This document shows, in pieces, positions 1 through 11,400 of a DNA stretch of 64,000 bases (the stretch's first letter is position 1; each line of letters opens with the position of its first letter). Made by a program: the position numbers and the translations under genes. Under the pieces are notes generated by a model, which had not been told where the DNA came from, ran no database searches, and saw nothing but the letters and a program-made list of their open reading frames with translations. Origin of the DNA: Macrostomum lignano (Eukaryota); assembly GCA_002269645.1 (NCBI GenBank), contig NIVC01000199.1, positions 1-64,000 on the forward strand, written 5' to 3'.

Positions 1-468
1 TCTAGCTGTCACACTGCAGCACATCTAGCTGTCACACTGCAGCACATCTACTTGTCACACTGCAGCACATCTAGCTGTCACACACTGCAACATCTACTTG
101 TCACACTGCAGCACATCTAACTGTCACACTGCAGTACATCTAACTGTCACACTGCAGTACATCTAAAGTAGCAACTGTCACCACTGCAGTACATCTAACT
201 GTCACAGCGCTGCATGCAGACATGCATCTAGCTGTCACACTGCTGCATGCACATCTAGCTGTCACACTGCAGCACATCTAGCTGTCACACTGCTGCAGCA
301 CATCTAGCTGTTACACTGCAAGCACATCTAGCTGTCACACTGCAGCACATCTAGCTGTCACACTGCAGCACATCTCTAGCTGTCACACTGAGCACACCTA
401 GCTGTCACAATGCAGCACACCTAGCTGTCACACTGCAGCACATCTAGCTGTCACACTGCAGCATATCC
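1..468. repeat. ~23-bp minisatellite (catctagctgtcacactgcagca)n, runs off the window start
   Basis: Tandem copies visible directly. Confidence 0.95.
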
Positions 469-777
469 ACCTACCTACTACTAATAGAAATCGTACAAGA
501 ACTTGCAAATCGCAGGGAGGAGAAACCGATTCATACCAACAATAACATCATCAATTAACATAATTATTAATTAACTACTGTACAATACAATTATTGATTA
601 TTATTATAATTAGGACAATGGCCCAATACGAACTACAATTGGGTGAGTATCTCCGAGAAGTGACTGTGCTATAGGTAATAAAATAATTAAATAACGATAC
701 TGAATAGTCAGCTTAGGCTATTAATGTTTTCTGACGGATTTACTGTTCAATATAATTTCTAGATTAATAAAAAATTA

Positions 778-3263
778 TTAATATTCGTCAGGCTCGCCGT
801 TGTCGGCGGCCTCTGGCGGGCGAAGCCCTCCTCAGTCTGGTACAGCACGTCCAGAATGCGGCGAATCTGTTCGCTGTCCTCGGACTCCTGGCAGATGATC
901 TCCACGCTGCGCAGCTTGTTAAAATAGAAGTCCCGCTCCTTCATCAGGCCGTCAATGCTCTGCTGGTCTTCGTTGTGCTGCTGGTTCAGGTCGTCCACCT
1001 GGGGAGGCGGGCCGGCGAATGGGGAGGATTAGGTGGCTGATGGTCCTGGAGGTGTGGGATTAAGCTTGCTGCTAGGTGTGGGATTAAGCTTGCTGCTAGG
1101 TGTGGGATTGAGCTTGCTGCTAGGTGTGGGATTGAGCTTGCTGCTAGGTGTGGGATTAAGCTTGCTGCTAGGTGTGGGATTAAGCTTGCTGCTAGGTGTG
1201 GGATTAAGCTTGCTGCTAGATGTGGGATTAAGCTTGCTGCTAGGTGTGGGATTAAGCTTGCTGCTAGATGTGGGATTAAGCTTGCTGCTAGGTGTGGGAC
1301 TAAGCTTGCTGCTGGGTGTGGGATTAAGCTTGCTGGTGCTGGTGTGGGTTTAAGATTGCTGGTGTGGGATTAAGCTTGCTGATGGATGTGGGATTAAGCT
1401 TGCTGCTGGGTGTGGGATTAAGCTTGCTGCTGGTGTGGGATTAAGCTTGCTGGTGCTGGTGTGGGTTTAAGATTGCTGGTGTGGGATTAAGCTTGCTGAT
1501 GGATGTGGGATTAAGCTTGCTGGTGCTGGTGTGGGATTAAGCTTGCTGGTGCTGGTGTGGGATTAAGCTTGCTGCTAGGTGTGGGATTAAGCTTGCTGCT
1601 GGGTGTGGGATTAAGCTTGCTGGTGCTGGTGTGGGATTAAGATTGCTGGTGTGGGATTAAGCTTGCTGCTGGTGTGGGATTAAGCTTGCTGCTGGGTGGG
1701 ATTAAGATTGCTGGTGTGGGATTAGGCTCACTGGTGCTGGTGCTGGCTGAAACACAAGTACGCACCTGGATACGCAGTTCGGCCATCTCAGCCTCCAGCC
1801 GCTGCTGGTTAGCATTGGGAGCCGCTGCCGGCTGGTGGGCCGGAGCTGGCGGATGCGCTGGCGCCGGGGCGGCAGCGGCTCTTGTTGGCACCGGCTTCGG
1901 CGGCGTCCGATTCGGCTGCCGCATGCCCCCGCCGGCGCCGGCAGGGGCGCGGCCAGCAGCTGGGCCGGCGGCAGGCGCCCGGTTGTCGCCTCTAGCAGCA
2001 GCCGGAGCCGCCGCAGGCTGACTGTGCGCGCCGGCGGGCCTGGCCTTGCCGGAGCCGGTGATTGGCTCGCCGCCGCGGGCAGCCAGGGCGTCGTACTCGA
2101 TTCCGGTGTAATTGGCGTCGAAGAATCGTTTGAACCATTGCACGAATTCGAAGTTGTCTTGGAAACGCGCTTTGACCAGGCGCTCGATTGGTACCTCCTG
2201 GGTAATAGTTTGATGGTTGAAATCGTTTTGGTGGAAACTTTCAACTAATTCTGGAGTTTGGAGGGAATTCCCGCAGTGAATGACCTTGGGGGAACTCTAA
2301 TCATACTTAGAATGGAAGTCCCGCAGTGAATGACCTTGGGGGAACTCTAATCATACTTAAAATGGAAGTCCCGCAGTGAATGACCTTGGGGAACTCTAAT
2401 CATACTTAGAATGGAATTCCCGCAGTGAATGACCTTGGGGGAACTCTAATCATACTTAAAATGGAAGTCCCGCAGTGAATGACCTTGGGGGAACTCTAAT
2501 CATACTTAAAATGGAAGTCCCGCAGTGAATGACCTTGGGGAACTCTAATCATACTTAGAATGGAAGTCCCGCAGTGAATGACCTTGGGGAACTCTAATCA
2601 TACTTAGAATGGAAGTCCCGCAGTGAATGACCTTGGGGGAACTCTAATCATACTTAGAATGGAATTCCCGCAGTGAATGACCTTGGGGAACTCTAATCAT
2701 ACTTAAAATGGAAGTCCCGCAGTGAATGACCTTGGGGGAACTCTAATCATACTTAAAATGGAAGTCCCGCAGTGAATGACCTTGGGGGAACTCCAATCAT
2801 ACTTAAAATGGAAGTCCCGCAGTGAATGACCTTGGGGAACTCCAATCAAACTCACAATGGAATTTCCGCAGTGAACGACCCTGGGGAACTCCATATCTCA
2901 CCTTATCAACGCCGTGTTTTTTAAACAGCGCCTGCAGCACTTTGAAATTGCTGATAAACTCGTGCTCCAATTTGGTATTAAATTTCACCTTTTTAAAGGG
3001 CAGAGTACCTGAATAATGATGAATTTGATGATGTTAGAATAAGTAAAAAACAAAAACACTGCATTATTTAATAAATGAATAATGTAAAACGTACCCGGAA
3101 ACAGCATGTCCATAAATTGGCAATAGACAGCCCCAGAGGCTAGTTCTTCAATTTTGCCTAAATTGGCCTGCAAACAGGTATTAATCCAATCCAGGATGTC
3201 ATGCCTACTCAAATTATCAGTTGTTTGCGATGTCGAGTGAACGTTGACAGCTTGCTGGGCCAT
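778..3263 (-). CDS. MAPRE/EB1: Microtubule end-binding protein EB1 (RP/EB family). Exons 3263-3095, 3008-2902, 2197-1766, 998-778; ~309 aa after correcting a 1-nt frameshift near 818-820
   Basis: CH domain ([12 protein letters not shown]...[17 protein letters not shown]; [28 protein letters not shown]) and EBH domain ([18 protein letters not shown]...[12 protein letters not shown]). All introns GT-AG with matching phases. The shifted frame ends [13 protein letters not shown], the typical EB acidic-aromatic tail. Confidence 0.95.
1050..1740. repeat. 24-bp minisatellite (ggtgtgggattaagcttgctgcta)n in an EB1 intron
   Basis: Tandem copies; source of the spurious [11 protein letters not shown]. 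Confidence 0.95.
2266..2895. repeat. 49-50-bp minisatellite filling an EB1 intron
   Basis: Unit ggaagtcccgcagtgaatgaccttgggggaactctaatcatacttaaaat; copies start at 2314, 2364 and so on. Confidence 0.95.
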
Positions 3264-4215
3264 ACTTATTAATGAAGTTATGCTCTGCTGCTTCTGCTAG
3301 CTGAAAATAACAATTTATGCAGTTTGTGCATACTGTGGCAGTGAAACCTACAGCAGATACCACAGATACTGGAATAACTAGATGGGCTACTCAAGCACAT
3401 TTGCGTGTAAGCTACTTTCAGTTCAGTAGTAGGTTAGACAGATGCATTTTATGCCATGGCTCATTTATTGGCTCTTACCCACCTCCCAGCTTAAACCCTC
3501 AAACTGTGCCTTTCCACTAACCCCCCTGCTGCCCTGCCCCAATTTTTATTGCCAGAGGTCTGGCCAATGTACATTACTGCTGAACCAATTAGCCAGTTGT
3601 TTATGCCTGCAAGCTTGGGGGCTTCTAAACTTATTAAAGTCATTTCAGCTGCCTTTATTTTATTATAAAATAGCTTATAAAAATTGAGCTTGCCTTTATG
3701 ATTGTTAAAATTAGAGGTGCTAACAACAAACAGTTTTTAATATTTTCATCATATTAATATTTAGATTAAAAAAACATAGTTGCAACTTTTAGGCAGTCTT
3801 TAAAATGAAATTTTTAATAGCATAAAATTAAGCATAGTGATGAAATGCTATTAAATACTTAATCAGTAGTATATACTATGATCCTAAGTACACAAGAAAA
3901 ATACAAGAATATAATCAATAAGAACAAGCTAAATATAAATGCTAAATCAGGCCTAGCAACAAAAAAATAAACAAAAAACTATATAATAGGCCTATGCTAT
4001 ACTAGGCCTAGTTAATCATCATATTTATTATTTATATTGTTATTAATTTCACTTTTTTATAAAAATATCAGGCAGCTTGCACTTGCAGTGCAAGAATTAG
4101 AGATCCAAATATCAATGACCTTATCCTTGGTTGGTATTGGTATTGTATACTGTTATACTAGCTTATATATATCCAGGCTAAAAAGCATAGCCTAGACCCA
4201 ATGGTATTCTTGTTA

Positions 4216-5136
4216 GGCACTTTTGTTATATGACCCCCGTGTAAAAGATACAGTCAAAGAATAGAAACCAGATGAAACATTATCCATGAGTCAAAGGCAT
4301 TGCATTAAGGCAGTTTCAATTGATTTCTATTTGAAGTGAGTTCAACCAAAAAGAGTCTCTATATTCACTTTCATTATACAATCATTTAAATGGAGGAAAT
4401 GTATGCAAAGGCCAAAGGGATCAGATAACAAAACTTGGGCTTTTTTCATCAATTTCGTAATATGATCCCCCAAGTCAAAATTTTCTTTGCAAGGGATTGT
4501 ATATCAAAAATGAAATCAAGGTATCGCACTTGTAGATGAAGTAAAGATAGTTCATTCATACTAGGCCTATCTAATAATTCCATGCCTGACCCCTCTCCTC
4601 ACTTTCGTTTTACAATCCCCTTACAGTATGGACAATATTGTTTCACACTATAGTGTATTGGGGATCATATAACAAAAGTGAGGGGGGTTTCAAAAAAGAA
4701 AAGGGAGGGATACCAAAAAAATCACAACTTATTTTTGTGGAATCTCATATTAGGTAGCCTAGACAAGGGGTTAAACAAGGTAGGCCTATATGATCCCTTT
4801 CAAACAAATTTTTGACTGGGGGATCATATTACAAAATTGATGAAAATCCCAAGTTTCATTATCTGATCCTTTTCCATATATTTCTTCCATTTGAATGATT
4901 GTATAACGAAAGTGAATATAGATACATCCTTACTCTTGCTAAGAATCGTGGCTTGCGCTTGACTTAGCTCAGCTGTAGGGGGCATCAGGCAAATGCAACG
5001 AGGAGGCAGAGGAGACTGCCCATTCTGCTAGCCTTACGATTAAATAGGGTAATTGCACTTCAAATATACTCCACTGATAGGCCTATGCAAATAAGACTCC
5101 TATCTTTTACATAGGGGATTATATAACAAAAGTGCC
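4216..5136. mobile_element. Foldback/MITE-like non-autonomous element with long imperfect inverted arms
   Basis: ggcacttttgttatatgacccc..gtaaaagata at 4216 is the inverse of tatcttttacataggggattatataacaaaagtgcc ending at 5136. An inner arm (~4435-4483) is the inverse of ~4806-4853. No clean TSD seen. Confidence 0.65.
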
Positions 5137-8100
5137 ATGTTCTATAGAACAATTTCTATAGTTTACAATTCTATAAAATACAATTACCCCTTACAATTGC
5201 CCCTTACAATTTCTATAGAACTATAGAACCATAGAACCATATGTTCTATATTGTAAGGGGATCATAAAATGAAGAAAGAATGCCAACCCAACTATGTTGG
5301 CCTAGGCCTAGTCATGGTTAATTATAACTAGGCCTGGTATATTTTTTGGGAAATTAGGCCCTATTCTCCTACTAGGCCTTACCTAACCTACTCTAGAATA
5401 AAAACCAAAGTTTGCTTTATAGGCCTATGCTAGAGTGTATTGCTAGGCTAATATAAAACAAAACCATGTAATTTGCATTATTTGTTGTTAAAAATCAATT
5501 GACAATTAGGCTCCATGCAAGCCATAGGCCTAGTCTATGACTCAGGTCTACAAAATTTATCTAGGTTTTCCTATGCTAGAAATTTATGCAGCACAAATGT
5601 GATATATTAACATCTCTGATTAAAAAAAACTAAATATTGAAACAACTAAGCTTATCGAATTAAAAATTTATAACTTAACCTAGCCTTACTTACTATAAAA
5701 ATTTAATGTCTTCAGTTTTTATGTCATAACTGTCATAGGCCTAACATAACATGTCATAACCATAACCGAGTTAAGTTGGAAATTGGAATGGATCGTCCGC
5801 AATAGATCGTCGTTAAGTCGTCGATGACGCAGCTCGAAGAAGCGGACAAACTTTCAAATATCGATAAAAGGGTGGCCAACAGTGTATTAAAACTTTTATA
5901 GGCTTTTTTCCAACAAAAAATGAAGTGTTAAGTTTCAAGATCAGTCTGATCGCATAGTAAAAAGTTCAAAGTTTTGTTTTAGTGTGTTTAAACCCGGAAC
6001 CTGCTGCTTAATTTGTACATTTGTTTAAAGACTAAAAAATGTTTGATAGGGGGCAAGCTATACCAAGCACTACAACCCAAAAGTGGAAAGAAAATAGACC
6101 TGGCATAGTTGCAGGCCAAAAAAGTATGGCCCAATTTTTTTGGCCGCGGCTGAGGGGGAAGGGCATATGGCTCTCCAATTGCCCCCCCCTGGATCCGCGC
6201 CCCTGAATTTTTGCTGGGTGTGCACAGATTAGAAATGGTTAGAGAAAATTAAACAGTCATAATTAGGGTTATTCAATGCAATTAAGTTGCATCTGCTCAA
6301 ACCATGCACTTGCAGGTCTGGGCTGTAGAAGTAGATCGAGAATGGTCGTCGCGAGCGGGATCGAGCTCTTGAAGCGCTCGATCCTCCTCTCCGGCCAGGA
6401 GTTCCCCACCAAACCTAGCGAGCATTGTACATGTACTTTCCGGGGCGTTGTGATGATGGAGAATGATGCCCCGAGCTCGAGTCCTTTTTTGCGACGCCTG
6501 CTGCAGGAGAGAGCGCACAGCAATTTCTGGCAGGATTAATATGTATCGCCATGCGCGCTGCTGCTCTCTCGCCGAAGATTCGATGGTGGGATCCACCAGC
6601 TGGAGAGACTAGGCTGCAACTACTTTAATTTTGTTGTTCTCTGAGTTAACTGAAGATCTAGTAAATATAAAGCTCATTACCGCTGACAATTCCCAGGCTG
6701 AGTTTGACTTGGCCACCATTGAATTTGCTGCGGGTACCACATGTCCACGAGCCTCCTGATCCAGCTCCGGAGTCAACTGATGGGACACTCATTGCGAGCA
6801 GAAATCAATTGCTCAGGTTTAGCCTTGAGTACAGGGGTCACAGTCGCATCGCAACCTCTGTTTCTATTGGGCCACAGTGACTTCAGGCATTTTTCTTACA
6901 AAACCGCGCTATTTCATTCAACAGCGCATTTTGATGCAGACGTAAAAGCAACCCTCAGGCAGCAGTGGTGCAGTACACCATACCTAACATTTTGGGGTCT
7001 ACTCTCTTTAGTAAAAGTTCATGGTTGCCAGCACACACTAGTACGTCGCATGATACTTGCACCAGTAATAATCATGCGTTACACCGCATTCCGACACCCA
7101 GACGCGTCAGAATTAGGAGCGGCAGCACCAAGGGGCCGACCATATTATGCAGCTGCACCTGATCTACACTTGACGTAATTGCTGTAGGTACAATAAATGC
7201 AGGGTGCACAAGGTCACATGCACATGCAAACTGATATGCGCATACATTTTGCGAGCAAAATTAATGCAACAGACTGCTATACATTCATTATATCATGTCA
7301 TGTAAATATAATGTGCATGTAAAACTAAAAGTACATGTCCTGTTTTGACGCCTAAATATATCCGTCGTCTACCGGAAGAAGAAAAATTACTTGTAATTTT
7401 TACATCTAAACTGTACTATATGTCTATACAGTATATCTAATCACAACTAAGGACCACTAGAAGTTACCCTTGTATCAAGACGTAGCGTGCTTAGATGCAC
7501 GCATTGCGGAATTATTTATAGCCGCTTGTTTCAATTGCAGCTGAAGTTCAATGGTACAACGGGTACCTCAAAAGGTATCATCTAGGTACTAACGAGTAGC
7601 AAAAGCTCGAAACATGCCCCTCAAATGGAATGGCGCCTAAAGCCCGCACCCCAAGAAATCAATTTCAAGCTGTGCAAGAATAGTCGAAGAAAACTGCACC
7701 GGAAAGTCGAGGCACCTGCAGGCAAACCTGTCCTGACCTCTACGGTTGAGTAGTTTGTTTTAAAATATTCAAGCAATTTAATGTATGAGATGGTTTACGG
7801 CAAACATCAGAAAATCTCTGAGAAACTATAGACCATATTTGCTTGAGATTTGACAATATTTGCATTTGGCGAACAATCAAGAAGCCTAAAATGATGACGG
7901 CTTGAGCTGGATTTAAGAGTTGCAGTAGGGCGCCAACGGCAGTACTTTAAACTGCTGACTCTCCATTCGACCTGCAGTTACCGCAGGTTTCCTGAGTTTT
8001 TCCATAGTCAGAGAAAATAAGACCGAACTCTGCTATAACAGTATACGTCACCGCTACTCTCTATCTTCTCTGCGTCTTCTCTTCTTTCCACTTAAAAAAC

Positions 8101-8461
8101 AGGCCTCAGTGCTCACTCCGTTTAGCTTGTCCTTTTCTTTAGCATTGGCAGATTAGAACTGATGAAGAGAGAAATTTTCTCACGTGACCATCATAGCTCT
8201 ACTTTTTCAGCCTACAGCCTAGAGCTGAGCTGATGGTGCAGCGGAAAAGATTGGATAGAGAATAAAACGCAGGAGAAGCTTTCATGACGACAGACGCGGT
8301 CAGCTGCACAGCTTTAATTGCCAATCGAAAAGAGCTCACACTCCGACAACTAGTACAATTGAGGGCCAAAAAAAACTTTACAGTAACCATAGTCTACTCG
8401 TAAAACATTGACAGACAAAGCTAGACAAGTTTCCTAATCAGGTCTAATAAGATCAAACGCA

Positions 8462-11400
8462 ATGTCGTCGCCAGTGGAGTCAGCGAAGCGCGATCTGGCT
8501 CGTGCACTTCGCTCCGAGGAGCCTCATCGAGTCAAAGCGATACTTCGGTCGCCAGTTGCCGACCTGGCTTGGCTAGACAAGCCGCTAGACAGGTAACTGC
8601 GGTTAAATGTACATACTACGCACAATCTGTAGAAAACGTTAGGAGCACTGAATATACTGTACCAATACGTCCAATATTTATAAGCTGCAGTACGCACCTC
8701 TAACTTTCAATTCGTTGCAGCTTGAAAGGGGCTGCAGCATTTTCTGGCAGCAGCTTGAAAACCTGCAGGGTTAAGACCATAGACTATAGCTTCTACTGCA
8801 TAATCTGACTGATGTGGTTGCTATGCTATAATGTCTGTGGCCCCAAGGGGCACCAAGGGGCACCAAGGGGCTTTAGCACCAATGGGCTTTAGCACGAATG
8901 GGCTTTAGCACCAAGGGGCTTTAGCACCAAGGGGCTTTAGAACCAATGGGCTTTAGAACCAATGGGCTTTAGTACCAAGGGGCTTTAGCACCAAGGGGCT
9001 TTAGCACCAAGGGGCTTTAGCACCAAGGGGCTTTAGCACCAAGGGGCTTTAGCACCAAGGGGCTTTAGCACCAAGGGGCGCCAGCACCAAGGGGCTTTAG
9101 CACCAAGGGGCGCCAGCACCAAGGGGCGCCAGCACCAAGGGGCTTTAGCACCAAGGGGCGCCAGCACCAAGGGGCTTTAGCACCAAGGGGCTTTAGCACC
9201 AAGGGGCTTTAGCACCAAGGGGCGCCAGCACCAAGGGGCGCCAGCACCAAGGGGCTTTAGCACCAAGGGGCGCCAGCACCAAGGGGCGCCAGCACCAAGG
9301 GGCTTTAGCACCAAGGGGCTTTAGCACCAATGGGCTTTAGCACCAAGGGGCTTTAGCACCAAGGGGCTTTAGCACCAAGGGGCTTTAGCACCAAGGGGCT
9401 TTAGCACCAAGGGGCTTTTGCACCAAGGGCTTTAGCTTTAGCACCAAGGGGCTTTAGCACCAAGGGGCTTTAGCACCAAGGGGCTTTAGCACCAAGGGGC
9501 TTTAGCACCAAGGGGCTTTAGCACCAAGGGGCTTTAGCACCAAGGGGCGCCAGCACCAAGGGGCTTTAGCACCAAGGGGCTTTAGCACCAAGGGGCGCCA
9601 GCACCAAGGGGCTTTAGCACCAAGGGGCGCCAGCACCAAGGGGCGCCAGCACCAAGGGGCTTTAGCACCAAGGGGCTTTAGCACCAAGGGGCTTTAGCAC
9701 CAAGGGGCTTTAGCACCAAGGGGCTTTAGCACCAAGGGGCTTTAGCACCAAGGGGCTTTAGCACCAAGGGGCTTTAGAACCAATGGGCTTTAGTACCAAG
9801 GGGCTTTAGCACCAAGGGGCTTTAGCACCAAGGGGCTTTAGCACCAAGGGGCTTTAGCACCAAGGGGCTTTAGCACCAAGGGGCTTTAGCACCAAGGGGC
9901 TTTAGCACCAAAAGGGGTTTCAGCACCAAGGGGCTTTAGCATCAAGGGGCTTTAGCATCAAGGGGCTTTAGCACCAAGGGGCTTTAGCACCAAGGGGCTT
10001 TAGCACCAAGGGGCTTTAGAACCAATGGGCTATAGCACCAAGGGGCTTTAGCACCAATGGGCTTTAGCACCAAGGGGCTTTAGCACCAAGGGGCTTTAGC
10101 ACCAATGGGCTTTAGCACCAAGGGGCTTTAGCACCAAGGGGCTTTAGCACCAAGGGGCGCCAGCACCAAGGGGCGCCAGCACCAAGGGGCTTTAGCACCA
10201 TGGGGCTTTAGCACCAAAAGGGGTTTCAGCACCAAGGGGCTTTAGCATCAAGGGGCTTTAGCACCAAGGGGCTTTAGCACCAAGGGGCTTTAGAACCAAT
10301 GGGCTATAGCACCAAGGGGCTTTAGCACCAATGGGCTTTAGCACCAAGGGGCTTTAGCACCAAGGGGCTTTAGCACCAATGGGCTTTAGCACCAAGGGGC
10401 TTTAGCACCAAGGGGCTTTAGCACCAAGGGGCTTTAGCACCAAGGGGCTTTAGCACCAAGGGGCTTTAGCACCATGGGGCTTTAGCACCAAAAGGGGTTT
10501 CAGCACCAAGGGGCTTTAGCATCAAGGGGCTTTAGCACCAAGGGGCTTTAGCACCAAGGGGCTTTAGCACCAAGGGGCTTTAGCACCAAGGGGCTTTAGC
10601 ACCATGGGGCTTTAGCACCAAAAGGGGTTTCAGCACCAAGGGGCTTTAGCATCAAGGGGCTTTAGCACCAAGGGGCTTTAGTACCAAGGGGCTTTAGCAC
10701 CAATGGGCTTTAGCACGAATGGGCTTTAGCAACAAGGGGCGCCAGCACCAAGGGGCGCCAGCACCAAGGGGCGCCAGCACCAAGGGGCTTTAGCACCAAG
10801 GGGCTTTAGCACCAAGGGGCTTTAGCACCAAGGGGCGCCAGCACCAAGGGGCGCCAGCACCAAGGGGCGCCAGCACCAAGGGGCGCCAGCACCAAGGGGC
10901 GCCAGCACCAAGGGGCGCCAGCACCAAGGGGCGCCAGCACCAAGGGGCGCCAGCACCAAGGGGCGCCAGCAGCAAGGGGCGCCAGCACCAAGGGGCGCCA
11001 GCAGCAAGGGGCGCCAGCACCAAGGGGCGCCAGCACCAAGGGGCGCCAGCACCAAGGGGCGCCAGCACCAAGGGGCGCCAGCACCAAGGGGCGCCAGCAC
11101 CAAGGGGCGCCAGCACCAAGGGGCGCCAGCACCAAGGGGCGCCAGCACCAAGGGGCGCCAGCACCAAGGGGCGCCAGCACCAAGGGGCGCCAGCACCAAG
11201 GGGCGCCAGCACCAAGGGGCGCCAGCACTAAGAGGCGCCAGCACCAAGGGGCGCCAGCACCAAGGGGCGCCAGCACAAGGGGCGCCAGCACAAGGGGCGC
11301 CAGCACCAAGGGGCGCCAGCCGCTTTATTTAGTTTAACCCCTTCTTACTCTGGTTCTCTTAGTTCGGAATGTACGACTAAACGGATGCATATTGCAATTT

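Noticed and set aside
1033-1353. Hydrophobic [11 protein letters not shown], and similar INQGLLHL, IYLS, MSACGAK and TQRHS ORFs elsewhere
   Set aside because: All are translations of tandem repeats
6130-6205. MITE end (...ggatccgcgcccctg)
   Set aside because: No matching left TIR or TSD found
6269-7178. Cluster of ORFs upstream of the caspase
   Set aside because: No recognisable motif in any frame; multiple stops on the minus strand
8155-8185. ctgatga...gaaa hammerhead ribozyme core
   Set aside because: No convincing flanking stems
8845-11320. Regular arrays here and at 2266, 22010, 28063 and 34575 as CRISPR-like arrays
   Set aside because: Head-to-tail units with no unique spacers, no cas genes, and a eukaryotic context
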